This document shows, piece by piece, positions 38,208-51,715 of a stretch of 64,000 nt of DNA (positions within the stretch are counted from its first letter, which is position 1; each line of letters starts with the position of its first letter). A model generated the notes under the pieces. That model was not told where the DNA came from. It worked only from the letters and a program-made list of their open reading frames with translations, and did no database searches. This DNA comes from Octopus sinensis. Its lineage: Eukaryota. A program made the position numbers and the translations under genes. The stretch lies in assembly GCF_006345805.1 (NCBI RefSeq), contig NC_043011.1, positions 61,206,464-61,270,463 of the forward strand, read 5' to 3'.

Positions 38208-38841
38208 TACACATACACATTTACATGCGTGTGGGTGTATTGACATGGCCGATCTAGTGGGGTCCGACAAAGAAACTTAAACTCTATGTAAAATATAGAA
38301 AATTTACCGGGTGTCAATCTAAATTTTAAATTTTATCCTGACTTTCATTATTAAACATACAGTAAAATAAAACAAAGAAATTCAACCAATTCCTTTTCGA
38401 AATACTTAACTAATGTTAAACGAATATCTTGCAAAAGGAAGCTGTGAATAATATTCTATACAAACATCAGCAGGATGATTAATCTAGGAGAAAATTTCGC
38501 GATAACGTGTGTTATATATGGGATGATACGAAAGATGAAGTTAATAAACCTCTTGCTAACTGTAATAAGACGTCGATGACGACTGAAATTATTAGCATTC
38601 TGCTCGATTTGTTGCTTTTAAAGCAGAAAATTCTTGCCTGCAGCAACACACATTTTATGAATTCTAGGAAGATATACATAAGCGACTGAGAAAAAAAGTG
38701 TAAATAGATTACATAAGGATGTCTTCATACTTCGGCAATATCCTATCGCTTATTCGCACATAAACACACAGACATACAGGTACATATACCCATGTAAGAA
38801 AGCTTATATAAAATATATATGTTAATGCATTCTTCCGTATG

Positions 38842-38872
<31 letters not shown>

Positions 38873-38894
38873 ACACATACACACACACGCGCAC

Positions 38895-38940
<46 letters not shown>

Positions 38941-39088
38941 AGTGGAAAAGTAAAAAGAAACAAAGAAAATGCACACTAGGTATAAAAGTAATGGCTTTTG
39001 TTTTATAAAATCGAAGATATATACATACAAATAAATGATTTGAGGTGAAATTAATACGTATAAAAATCATTATTATGAGTCAGTATAT

Positions 39089-39950
39089 AAAGTCATACCG
39101 GTTTCGTCGATGCTGTTCACTGACTTTTAATCAACATCGATTTGTAAACGTTGTTGAGTCTAATATTACTTGAGTGAAAAGACTGCATGCAAAGGAGGAG
39201 AGCAGTTCTGAAATTGATGCAATTAAGGTAGATATGATTAATAGAATATGAAGAGTGAAGCGGATATATGAGGATTAGTGGGATTATTAGTATCAGGAAG
39301 GTTAGCAGTACCCTGTATTAAGTTGCGTGTTCCTGCTAAGTTGTGGTTGATGTTTATTAATGAAAGTTGCCTCTTTATTTAGTCTCTGCTGCACTGGGGT
39401 ATTCTGGTAACATTGACAAAAAGAGAAAATTAGGAAGTTTGGTTGAAGGTTCCTAGCACATCTATCTAGGTGCTCACTGACCTGTTTCTGTTAATATTGT
39501 GGGAAACAGATGTATTCTTTGTGAAGAGTGGTTCTTCGTCCGGGGGACACTCGTATTAGTGTCTTCTGTGGGTTGTAGTAACTTAGCTTCTCATAATAAA
39601 TATTGTTTTCCAGCATGGAGAGTATTAAATTTTTATAGTACTCTGTGGCCATCACTACTACCGCACTTTCTTTAACAGCTTCTTTAAGGGCCAGGTTTAT
39701 ACCACTTTTTAAATCGATTAGGTTTATCCATTCATTTGTGTTATGGATGGATTTAATTGTTTGTTTTTGTACGGCACTAAATGGAAAATTGGTTCACAGA
39801 GGTCATCAAGTGCATTATTTCTGCCTTTAGTTGGAAAGCATTCACTTTTGGTTTTCACTGCTGACTTATCTCTTTTGTATTCGGGTTCAATCTGCATGGG
39901 GTTGGTGTCATCTAGTTGTAGCAACCATTAACATTTAGCTAATCTAAAAA
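39089..39950 (-). mobile_element. Internally deleted, decayed PLE
   Basis: Minus translation gives KEAVKESAVVVMATEYYKNLILSMLENNIYYEKL (cf. ADKGSAVVVMD..Y, about 39690-39590) and IKEATFINKHQPQL (GIY-YIG end, about 39380-39339). An HHR relic follows at 39089-39127. Confidence 0.7.
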
Positions 39951-39958
39951 TATGAAAG

Positions 39959-40057
<99 letters not shown>

Positions 40058-40106
40058 ATATATTATATATACATATATATATATGCATATATATATATAT
40101 ATATAT

Positions 40107-40173
<67 letters not shown>

Positions 40174-40189
40174 ATTATATATATAAATA

Positions 40190-40520
40190 TTCACATGGAT
40201 CAGTGGTTAGAGCGTCGGGCATACAGTTGTGCGTTTGTGGGTTCGAATACCTGTCCCGGTTGCATGTTGTGTTTTGGGGCAAGTCACTATATTTCGCATT
40301 GATTCAGTGTACTCAGTAGTAGAAATGAATTGTGACGTCAGCGGTGCCAGGTTCTATATTCCTTTTGCTTTTCCTCCTTTCCTTTGGATAACAGCGGCGA
40401 CATCAGGGAGTGAAACTGGTATGCATGGGCAAATACTGGCCTTCCACAAATAACCTTCTTGCACTTCTACCTTGGAGGTGAAATTTCCAGGCACAATACC
40501 ATGGTCATTCGTGACCTAAG
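40190..40520 (+). mobile_element. tRNA-derived SINE family F, diverged
   Basis: cagtggttagagcgtcgg...gggttcgaatacc...ggggcaagtcact. Homologous to the reverse complement of 63160-63465. Confidence 0.7.
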
Positions 40521-40549
40521 AGTGTATTTGCAATTTTATCCTCTACATA

Positions 40550-40631
<82 letters not shown>

Positions 40632-41317
40632 TTATGTATATATGTATTTATGTATGTATGTATATTCATACATACATATATACGTATATATATATATACA
40701 TCTGTATGTATGTGTGTGTTTATGTGTGTGTATGTGTCCAGGCTTAAAGAAATATGTAACGGGGTCGATTCATACGACTAAGTATTCCTTCCAGGTGGTG
40801 CTCCAGCATGGACGCCGTGTGCTAATTGAAATAAGTAAAAATATATGCCTCCACAGCTGCACGGCCGCATGCGCGGTCACACACATACTCACACTCACAC
40901 CCACAAAACCATGTCAATGACACTCTAACATATTCGGATTTTAATTTTCATATTTTTATATTAGCTAAATGCAAATTGTTGCTGCAAGTAGATGGCGTTA
41001 CTGCATATAATGGGATACAAGCTATAAAATACATCATTTTTTCAATGGATGCTATCTCTGAATCAAATCAAATTCAGACTAATAATTTCCTTAATTTGGT
41101 GACTGCCTTAAATTCTCAATACGTGTTTGTTCTTTTGCTATTTTATTTATTTAAATTGAATGCTAAACTTCATAAGATGGATGTATTAAAAAGTATTATC
41201 ACAGCATGTTTTCAAATGATCTCTTAATGGAATCTAATATTAGAGGTTCAAATGTTCGGCCTGCTTACATGGATACATTCTGTTAATGGATTTCCAATCT
41301 AATATTATATATATATA

Positions 41318-41640
41318 GGCACAGGCTGGCTGTGTGGCAAGTAGCTTGCTTGCCAACCATATGGTTCTGGGTTCAGTCCCATCGCGTGGGACCTTGGCCA
41401 ACTGTCTTCTACTGCACCTTACTACTTTCCGAGCAAAGACTTGTGAATGGATTACGCCGACGGAAACTGAAAGAATTCAGTCGTATATATATGTATATGT
41501 TTGTGTGTCTGTGTTTGTCCGCCGAACAGCACTTCACAGACGATGCTGGTGTGTTTATGTCCCCGTAAGTTAGCGGTTCGGCGAAAGAGCCCGATAGAAG
41601 AAATACTAGGCTTACAAAGAATAAGTCCTGTGGTCGAATT
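41318..41640 (+). mobile_element. SINE family B, 3'-truncated
   Basis: ggcacaggctggctgtgtggcaagtagcttgct...gggttcagtccc...aagaataagtcctgtggtcga. Confidence 0.85.
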
Positions 41641-42117
41641 ATGTGGTTATGGACAAATATGTCCAATTTCGGCATATTTGGCATTAGAAATTTTTCGTTT
41701 GCCCTTATATATATATATATATATACTCTTAGTTTCATGCGATATAAACATAGCCAGCCAATATTATTTAACATGTCTTGTGTCACACCACAGTTTTCAG
41801 GCACTGCCCATGGAGCATAACATTTCATTTCTTTCTGTTTTCTTTTCCGTTTTTCGGTTTTCAACATTCCACCTGTTATATCTACTTCTTTCTCGCCTTC
41901 TCTCACCTTTTCTCTCATTCTATAGTCCTGTTTTAGCTTATTGTGCAATGTGGGTAATGCTTGACGATTCCACTGAGACACCGGACGTGTTAAAAAATCA
42001 TGTTTGCATGCTTTCGGCGCATCAATCTAATACTAGAACATAAAAAATAGAATATATTGTGTTTATCAAATAATAATATCTCTTCCTTTGTTGATCTTAC
42101 CATCACAAGACAGTACG

Positions 42118-42173
<56 letters not shown>

Positions 42174-42810
42174 GTGTGTGTATAATACACACAAACACAC
42201 AAACACACACACACATATAATATTTATTTGAAAGAATATGTAGAGATGACTTTGTTGAGGGGTTGATTTTTATTTTAATCTTAATAATAATGTTTATACA
42301 CACACACATACACACACGCATACACAAACACATACGCGCGTGTGTGTCCTTTGAGATTGCGCTACTTTTAATCAACATTATATAAGCATGTGTGCTTAAG
42401 CGACAGGAAATGTGCCATGAAACGAAATGAATCTAATGTAATCTATTTCAGTCTCGCTTATTTTCTTTTCTTAAAGTTTTTATATTACATCTCCGAACTG
42501 TTCATAAAATAAGTGTTGCTAAAGGCAGGATTCTTCTGGTTTGAAAGCAACAAACCGAGCAGAATATTAATAATTTCGCTAGCCATCAATTTCCTATTAT
42601 AGTCTGCACAATATTTACCTTTGGCCTTAACGACAACCTTTACATACAAGTGCTTACCAAAATACTTTCGTCTAATCTAATCACTTTCCTCATGTTGTGG
42701 CAGCAAGTATTCACGATCTGCCTCTCAAAAAGTTTTCGTTTCACGTTTTCTTGTCTCTTTCAGAAAGAGAGTTGAAATTGTAAGTCTTTTATTTTACTGA
42801 ATGTTTAATA

Positions 42811-43198
42811 GGCGCAGTGAGGCAAGTAGCTTGCTTACCAACCGCATGGTTCCGGGTTCAGTCCCACTGCGTGGCACCTTCGGACAGTGTCTTCTGCTAT
42901 AGCCTCGAGCCGACCAAAGCCTTGTGAGTGGATTTGGTAGATGGAAATTGAAAGAATTCCGTCGTATATATATATATATATGAGTGTGTGTGTGTGTGTA
43001 TACGTTTGTGTGTCTGTGTTTGACCCCCCCCCCCCAACATCATCGCTTGACAACCGATGTTGGTGCGTTTACGTAGCAAAAGAAACAGATAGTCTAAGTA
43101 CTAGACTCACAAAGAATAAGTCTTGGGGTGGATTTGTTCGACTCAAGGCGGTGCTCCAGCATGGCCGCAGCTAAATGACTGAAACAAATAAAAGAATA
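42811..43198 (+). mobile_element. SINE family B, full length
   Basis: Runs from the head through the tail ggcggtgctccagcatggccgcagctaaatgactgaaac. Confidence 0.9.
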
Positions 43199-44412
43199 AT
43201 GAAACTTAGGCTTCCTTTTTATTAGATATTAAACACCAGGTCAACGCGCATGTTTAATCAGCCGATGGACAAATATCGGCTAAGATGTATGAAATTAAAA
43301 GGGAAAATCTACCTTCCTTTGTCCTTCGAAAAGTATATTAGGCAAGTATTCTTCTCTCAGAAGGTTCAATAACATATCGGGTATTGTGAGATCCATGATG
43401 TACTACGGTGGAATTATTTATTTGGTACCCGCTGGTCAGAAGTCCGTATTCCGGCAAGAGATTGCTCACGATACACCGTTTATCTTGCTTTAATACCTTC
43501 CTTCTTATTATTGGGTTCTACGAGCACCTATTTCAGTTTCCAGGTATTTATGTAGTGACGCCACCTGTATGGCAGCCCTTCGAAGATTGTTAATACCGTT
43601 TACTTAGGGTTTTTTCTCACTATTCGAAGTGCGGAAGCTTGGTGAGACCATCATTGAATGTTACGGACATCTGAGAGTTCTGTAGTGGTCGGAGAACAGT
43701 GTTCCTGTGCACGTGTGAAGATGTGCAGCGAAAAGCTTTACAAAGGAACTATTCCTAACGCAGCTCATGAAACACCACATAACCACACAGACAAACACAC
43801 GCACACGCACGCACACACATATATGCAAATATCATGTGTGTGTATGCATGTATGTATGTATGTATGTATCAATGTTTGTTCTTATGGCGAGTTACTAAAG
43901 AAAAAAAAATGTATCTCACTGAAGGATTACGCAATACTTTTTGCTTAGTACATACAGTTTAGTATTCTTTACCAAAAATATTGCTGACAGTGACTTCAAA
44001 CGTTTCATCTATTGAGCCTTCGTCGGACAATCATATGGCTTTATCAGAAACCTAGTTGCCATCTTGAATTGTTTATACATACAGCTTTGGCTCAAAATAT
44101 TTATCGATATATCCTGTAGTAAAATATAATATATAAAGAAAATATTTTTAACGCACCAGTTTTAAAGCGAAACATATCTACCTATCTATCTATCTTTTTC
44201 TTTTCTTTTGTTCCTTTTCCCTTTTTTCGTTTTTTCTTTTCGTTTTTTCTTTTTTTCTTTGTTTTTTGTTCTTTTTTTCCCTTTTACGATCCCTTTTGAT
44301 CGAAAACCTACGCCACCTTTTTTTTTCTCCCCCAAAAGAAAAGCTCTACATTGTAACTTGTCCCATCTGTGTGCAGCCCTGTGTGGCCAATAAAGAAACT
44401 TATCTATCTATA

Positions 44413-44493
<81 letters not shown>

Positions 44494-45010
44494 GTATACT
44501 TCCTGAAAACAAGTATATGGCTGCAGATTTACGTGGATTATTGTGAACAAAACCTTGATAGAAAATCATGTCTGAGCAGAATTGTAAAATGGCTGCTGTG
44601 TATGATATTAGAGAAAGAAAAGGAGAAATACAAGTGACATGAAACAGTAATAAATGACATGAGAGAGTTAGTAAAAATATGCTCGTCGCTGCGTGACGCA
44701 TATCATGTTTGTTCTGTGGACAAACTGAAATGTTATTAAATTTATCATAAAGATATAAAGCAGATCTCGGCTTAGCTGAATTAGATTAGGACTTGGAATT
44801 CGATAAAGATAGTTTTGTCAGGAGAAAATAAATGGAAATCAACTGTGAAGGCTACAGAAGAGATTTCATTCTTTTTTTGGCAGAAATGAAATACATCAAA
44901 CAGATAATTTATCTTTATCATTTCTCTTTTCCTGTTTCATCCCTTACGTGTATACACATACATAAGTACATACATACATACATACATACATAAGTACATA
45001 CATACATAAG

Positions 45011-45044
<34 letters not shown>

Positions 45045-45134
45045 CATATAAATATATATATGTGTGTGTATATGTCTGTATATATATATACATATATATA
45101 AATATATTTATATATCTATCTATCCATCTATCTA

Positions 45135-45165
<31 letters not shown>

Positions 45166-45616
45166 TCTATATATATATATATATATATCTATATATATGT
45201 ATGTATGTATGCATACATTTTCACAATGGCTAAAAATTAAGATGAAAAAATGCGTAGAGATTTTTCACATGGAAAACAGAAATGTATCATGTACATTTTT
45301 AACTAAATAGCTAGCGGTTCCGGTCACATTGACAACCTCTCCATGCTGGAATGAAAGGAAAAATAAAATAGATTAAATTAATATTTTATAATATCAATTC
45401 TGGAAAATCACAAGATTTTCCTTATGAAGATCACATGCTGCTGTATTTTGTTTTCTTCTAATTCTTGGTAGTTGGCAGCGGTGGCTGCCTTCGTTGCAGT
45501 TACTGGTCATTGACAGTAACTTCGAAATTCCGCCGATAATTGCCGCTTGACGACGGCAACTATGTATAAAACATCAAAATTACTTCCCAAAATTATATAT
45601 ATATATATATATATAT

Positions 45617-45650
<34 letters not shown>

Positions 45651-46824
45651 CCTTAAATCCTTAAATCCTTAAAATGTTTTAGCCCGAAGGCCGCGGCCAT
45701 GCTGGGGCACCACCGCTGAATGAGCTACACTAGTTGTGAATCTACCTCTGATACGTGGCACTAGATCAACAAGGGAGTTCGATGCTGCTGCCCGCATCCG
45801 TGTCCCCTGTCGTGAGGTAGGTTCATCTGGGACTCCCAACAAGAAGAGATCCAGTTTAGTTTTAAGAAACCCACATCCACACCATGTAAGTCTCTCAGGC
45901 ATTTAGGGAGGATGTTAAAGAGCTGTGGTCCTCTGAAACCCAAGCTGTTGCAGTATCTGGACCTGTATTTTGATGGTGATGTTGGAATCCTTGGCACCAC
46001 GCAGCGGCGCCCCGTTCTGCGGTTGGAGTAACTTTGAATGCCAAAGTTGGGGACAAGACCCTCCAGGATTTTCCAGATGTATATCACTGCATATCTCTCC
46101 CGCCTCCGCTCCAGGGAGAAGAGGTTTAATACCTTCAGTCTTTTCCAGTAGCTGACATTTTGCATTGAGACGATTTTCTTTGTGTAGCTTCTCTGAGTTG
46201 CTTCGAGTTCTGCTGTTTGTTTTATATTGTGTGGTGACCAAAGTTGGGAGCAGTAGTCCAAGCGGCTGAGGACAAATGTTTTCCATAGGACCATCAGTGT
46301 CTCCTTCTCTCTTGTTCTGAAAGTTCGGAGAATCCATCCAGCTAGCCGTCTGCATTTTATCACCAGATAGCAATATGCATTTGGAAAGATGCATCATTGC
46401 TCATGTCAATGCCCAGGTCACGCACTGATTTTGACTCAGGGATTGCAATTCTTCCTGGGCCGTGTATCCAGTCTTCACGTCATTTACCTTTGTGTGCCAG
46501 TAACGCAAGGCCTGGAACTTACCTGCATTAAACTGCATGTTGTTGTCCTCAGCCCACCTGTATATTGTGTCCAGCTCATGTTGCAGATGCGCCAATATTT
46601 TCAGGGTTTTGTATTGCGTGGGAGACTTTTGTGTCATCTGCATAGCTAGCAAGGGTGGTCATCGTAGCAACTGAAGGCATGTCTGAAAGGGCCACTATGA
46701 ACATCAGTGGCCCCAAGACAGTGCCCTGTGGGACACCGCTTGTTATTTGCGTTTCCCTGGAGGTGGCTCCATTGCTCACAACTGCCTGTTTTCTGTCTTT
46801 TAGGAAGTTGTGCAGCCACTCTCC
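45651..46824 (-). mobile_element. 5'-truncated CR1/L2-group LINE, RT pseudogene with frameshifts, (TTTAAGGA)n tail, in (TA)n
   Basis: SGVPQGTVLGPLMFIV...SYADDTK, then QFNAGKFQAL, then LDYCSQLWSPH...YWKRLKVLNLFSLERRRERY...SLGFRGPQLFNILP. Confidence 0.92.
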
Positions 46825-46887
46825 ATATATATATATATAAATACATATATATATATATATATATGCATGCTATATACATATATATAT

Positions 46888-46918
<31 letters not shown>

Positions 46919-47151
46919 CACACACACACCCACACACACACACAACAATATATATATATATATATATAAATGTATATATATATATGTATGTATGTGTGGT
47001 GTGTGTGTATAAATATATATCTATAAATGAGTAAGTATGTTTTGGTGAGTCTGTATATCTACTTTAATAATGTTACATATACTTACACATATGAGAAATA
47101 ATAAACCTGATGTTCTCTCTCTCTCCTTCTCTTTGTATATATACATATATA

Positions 47152-47588
47152 TATATACATACGATATAGTGTATATTTAAACACATAGCGAATCCACTTA
47201 TAGGGATTCTACGCATTAGAAAGAACAGCTAAGTTCTATGACCACAAAAAATTGGGATAAAAATACGACAGGAATAAATTTGGAAATGAAAAACATTTAC
47301 CGTCCAGTATCCTGGACCAATTAGTTTTTGATCATGTTTAACACTAAATTGGACCTGCTGAAGAAAATCAAACCTTGTGAGTTTTCCATGACTCGCTAAA
47401 ACATGATCAGAAACCAATTGGTCCAGGATACTGGACGGTAAATGTTTTTCATTTCCAAATTTATTCCTGTCGAATTTTTATCCCAATTTTTTGTGGTCAT
47501 AGAACTTAGCTGTTCTTTCTAATGCATAGAATCGCTATAAGCGGATTCTCTATGTGTTTAAATATACACTATATCGTATGTATATATA
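47152..47588. mobile_element. Head-to-head PLE pseudo-LTR hairpin (about 190-bp arms)
   Basis: 47152-47339 is the reverse complement of about 47398-47588. The spacer plus the start of the right arm form a hammerhead. Confidence 0.8.
47354..47427 (+). ncRNA. Type I hammerhead ribozyme motif
   Basis: CCTG-CTGAAGA-aaATCA..GTGAGT/ACTCGC..TGATca-GAAA-CCAATTGGT-C-CAGG. Catalytic core intact, base of stem II mispaired. Confidence 0.7.
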
Positions 47589-47773
47589 TTTAGTCTTTTT
47601 GACTAAATTTTTTTTCGCGTTAGACCAGTGGAAATGTAAATTTTGATTAAATGTTTTTAATTTTAATTAAATTCCATTTCCCTTTGATATGATTATATAT
47701 ATATACATTATATATATATACATATATATATATACATTATATATATATATACATATATATACACACACACACC

Positions 47774-47852
<79 letters not shown>

Positions 47853-48003
47853 ACTTAAGGTGTATTCCGTTAGGAACATATTAGAGTACTAAAAGGTAAC
47901 AGTTGTATTTATTAATTAGCTGTCAAAACGAATTCCGTACTCCTTCCTGACTCTCTCTCTCTCTCTCTCTATATATATAATATATTATATTATATATGTG
48001 TGT

Positions 48004-48041
<38 letters not shown>

Positions 48042-49046
48042 TGTGTGTGCGTGTGTGTTTGTTTATATATATATATATATGTTTGTATGTATGTATGTAT
48101 ATATGTTATGCACTGCGTGCAAATCGTGAGTGTGTGTGTGGGAGAGAGAGACAGGGGGCTGAATAAACGTGTAAATAAACAGGTTTAATGCTGTAATGCA
48201 ATTCTATATAAGTTCAACCAAGAGACTCGAATATAAAAATCTGTGCAGCACTCATAAATGCAAAACATATTCAAAGCCAGATTAAACATGGAGGCTAAGA
48301 AATTATATTTGTTCCTCCGTTGCAGATAAGTCGTGATTATAATCATAATTAATCGCAGGTCATGATTATAGTTATAATTATTTGCAAGATATTACAACAT
48401 ATTACGTGTAAGTTATGGTCATCTCATCAAAGGTCAAAAGAAGCAACGTAGAAATATATTGAGTATTTTCTATGAATATGATAATGTTACAAATATTCTG
48501 TTGCGCATGGTTAATTGTCTGACCTAAGAGAAAGAGCAGCTAAAATTTGCCCCAGCCACGAGTTTTGAATACTAAAACGAAGTTTTCAAAGCTTGATCAC
48601 CATTGAGTATTAATTTGTACGGAGAGTGTTAACCTGAAGCTAAACAAAAATACTACCAAAAAACACCACCACCAACACCAATAACAACAACAACAACAAC
48701 ACTAATAACAGCAAGAACAACAACAAAACCAATAGCGAATACAACTATTTCAACAGTAAATCACAACGTATCAATATAGTTACAAATATTTTATGATGTC
48801 AACTAAAAGACTGCGCGGCTAAAACTAAAATAAATGTAACATATTAAAATTATTCAAATTATTCAATCAAATCATAGGAATTACCTCTAATTGGCTAATT
48901 TTCCCCGAAAGTAATTTTCGACGAAATAGAATTAATTACAGTTGTCTTGGCTACAAATTTTGTTGGTCATTAAATATTTAGAAACTAGTGAATCTACTAT
49001 AAAATTGTTCCTTAAGTTTCTCATAAATTTGAAAATGTCTTAATAC

Positions 49047-49160
49047 ATATGGGTTCAGTCCCACTGCGTGGTATCTTGGGCAAGTGTCTTCTACTACAAC
49101 CTCGGGCCGACCAAAGCCTTGAGAATGGATTTAGTAGAAGGAAACTGGAAGAAACCGTTC
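49047..49160 (+). mobile_element. SINE family B 5' fragment
   Basis: atgggttcagtcccactgcgtggtatcttgggcaagtgtctt. Confidence 0.8.
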
Positions 49161-49300
49161 ACACACACGCACACACACCTACACACACACACCCACACAC
49201 GCACACACACACACCCTACACCCCCCCACACACACACACATACACACACACACACATATATATATATGTATATATGTATGTATGTATGTATATATATATA

Positions 49301-49485
49301 TTGGTTGGCATCTAAGTTCCCACCGTTTTTTTAAATTAAAATTTTTTAACAGGTTTAAAAAAAATAACAACTAATTAATCAATTATGTATCACCCTTGTT
49401 GTTTGCAACTTCTTCCCATCGTTCAACAAGATTTTCAATGCCTCGTTGGTAGAAATGACTCGATTTCGACTCCAAAAATTGATCC
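49301..49485 (-). mobile_element. Mariner 3' end
   Basis: Minus translation gives LDQFLESKSSHFYQRGIENLVERWEEVANNKGDT*. TIR-like ttggttggcatctaagttcccaccg lies next to (TA)n. Confidence 0.8.
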
Positions 49486-49489
49486 AACC

Positions 49490-50330
49490 AAGCTCTCAGT
49501 TCTGCATCAGTATACCTGAATTACTGGACTCGATATCAATATCATTATGAACACTAAGAAATCAATCCTGTTTCAAGATGATACGTAAAGAAAAAATCCA
49601 GGCCACTCACTGTTCGATTTGTTCGTGAGGAGCTATGACAGAGCTCAGATCGCTGACCTCGTTGGTTTATTTATTTATGTTCTACCAAAACATACGCAAC
49701 CTTACATTTCGTCTCTGTACAGCGATGATGATCTGGCAATGTGCTATAGGAATGTTTTCGGCCTGAATAATTTCAGAAAGAATCAGATAAACATCTTAAA
49801 AGACTTTGGTTGAACTATAACCGTTGCAACCCACCTTAAAATAGTGGGCTTCCTGGATGTAGCTCTAAAGTCTGTGACACGCAAAACCTAATCCTGCCGT
49901 AAGCCGAAAGAAGAAATTGCTTATATTCATAGAAACTCCAGTAATGTTCTAACTGAATTGGAAACCTATTCACAGGTATCCTGACTATTGGCAGAAAAAG
50001 AAACCACAAAGGAAAAATGTCTAAACAGATGAATTACTATCTCGCACCATAACTTCAAATACAATGAGAGTTACAAAGAGAAAGACAATCTAGTTTAATT
50101 CACCAATCAATTTAGATGTTCAACTAATATACATAGGAGAATGCTGACATTAATCATGCATCGTTTTCCCAGGAACCATAAATATAAACACTGAACTCTC
50201 GTATGTCAAGGTTAGCTAATCATGTCTAGAGAATATCGTTTCCAAGGTTACAATATACAACAAAGGCAAACACTCATTCACACAGTTATCATCCGACTCT
50301 CTAACCAGCAGCTACTGATATCTAACTTAC
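49490..50330 (+). pseudogene. Decayed PLE reverse transcriptase
   Basis: DINIIMNTKKSILF...LFDLFVRSYDRAQIADLVGL...LYSDDDLA...LKIVGFLDVAL...RKPKEEIAYIHRNS...HRFPRNHKY. Matches the PLE RT motifs MGSYDGAE, YRDD, FLDV and YIHxxS. Confidence 0.8.
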
Positions 50331-50479
50331 TATCCATTTGAAGCTCTTACGTGATCTCACCTGACCAATGGATGCCTAAATACTTTCACACAGAAGAGAT
50401 ACCCATGCATACTCAACAATGTATATATGGATATAAATGTGGATATGTATGTGGTGGATTCGCTCCTCGAAGACGGCGA

Positions 50480-50700
50480 ACGAGCGCTTAGCTTTTGCAG
50501 AACGATCTGCAGAAATGAATTGTTTGTAGTGATCAAATGTTGGTGCAGCACATAAGCTCGCTCTCTCCATCAACGTTGTGTGAAGAGGTGCGCTGTGTCG
50601 ATGTGACCGATGAGCAACATGAGATGTAGTGTTTTGCTCAAGAACACAACGCAACACACGGTCTAGGAATTGAAACCACAATCTCGCGATCGCTTGTAAT
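50480..50700 (-). mobile_element. Diverged tRNA-derived SINE (C/E-type head)
   Basis: Reverse complement of the head and core (ttttgctcaagaacacaacgc...ggtctaggaattgaaacc). Confidence 0.6.
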
Positions 50701-51339
50701 TGGAGGGTGGTCAGTTGTTTTGGGGCTTGTGTGTAAGTGTCAAGCTTTAGGTATAACAGACATAGAATTATTAGAAATTGAGATTAGGAGAAAAGGATGG
50801 CAATTATATAAGGGAGAGAAAATTTCTAATTCAGCGGCGGAGGGGGATCGCTAGAATATGTAGAAATGTATTAGAGAAGATAGAGAGAGGTGGGGAGAGT
50901 AAGGGTGATTCGGTGGTGAAGGTAGCACTAGTTGGTATAATAAGGAAGCTGGATTGGTGGTGGTGGAGGTGGAGTACTGAGGGATGCAGAGGTCTATGGA
51001 ATTGAAAAGAGGGAGGTGAACAGGGAGGGAGGGAGAGGTTGATAGGTTAGAAGCTAATAGAGTAGGGGAGTTTTCAGTGATTTTGGTTGAAGCGAAGAAA
51101 CAAAAGAATGGGGAAAATACAAATTGTGAGAAATGTGAGGTCATGTGAGAGATAGGATGTGGCGGCGGGTAAGAAGAATTTGTAAAGATGAGAAGGGATA
51201 ATTTAGTAGAAAGGATGGAATTAGTGGAGAAGGTAAGTTGTTAAGTCCACTTAGTTGTACTCCAAGATTAATTATGATTAAGATAATCATAGTTATGGGA
51301 TTATATATATAGGGAAAGTTTACAAAAAAACAAAAGACG

Positions 51340-51555
51340 AAGACAGGTGGTGTACAAAACAAACAGATGTATTAGTATAACGCTCAGAAATAGAAAAAGT
51401 CTTTTACATTTCGAGCCTACGCTCTTCTACAGAAAGGGATACAGAAAACAAGGAGAGAAACAAGGAGAGGAAAAATGTGTGTAGTGGCTAACGATCTATC
51501 ATGGCGACTGACTTCGGACAGAAGGGTCACACACGAGTGGCAAGAAGTAGGGGAG
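51340..51555 (-). mobile_element. PLE pseudo-LTR remnant (GAGC/GCTC hammerhead family)
   Basis: Minus strand reads CTTT-CTGTAGA-A-GAGC-GTAG-GCTC-GAAA-TGT-A-AAAG (about 51401-51436). Confidence 0.6.
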
Positions 51556-51715
51556 ATAACAATATATATATATATATATATAATATATATATAATATATA
51601 TCATATATATATAATATAAATTTCAACAATTGAGGGTAAAATTAATTAATTAATCAATTTCACCAAGTATTCAGTATGCAAGGACCATTTAAGGCGAATT
51701 CAAATTATTACATTA

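Noticed and set aside
42000-42030. TTGATGCGCCGAAAGCATGC on the minus strand
   Set aside because: Two core mismatches, no stem II and no UH site.
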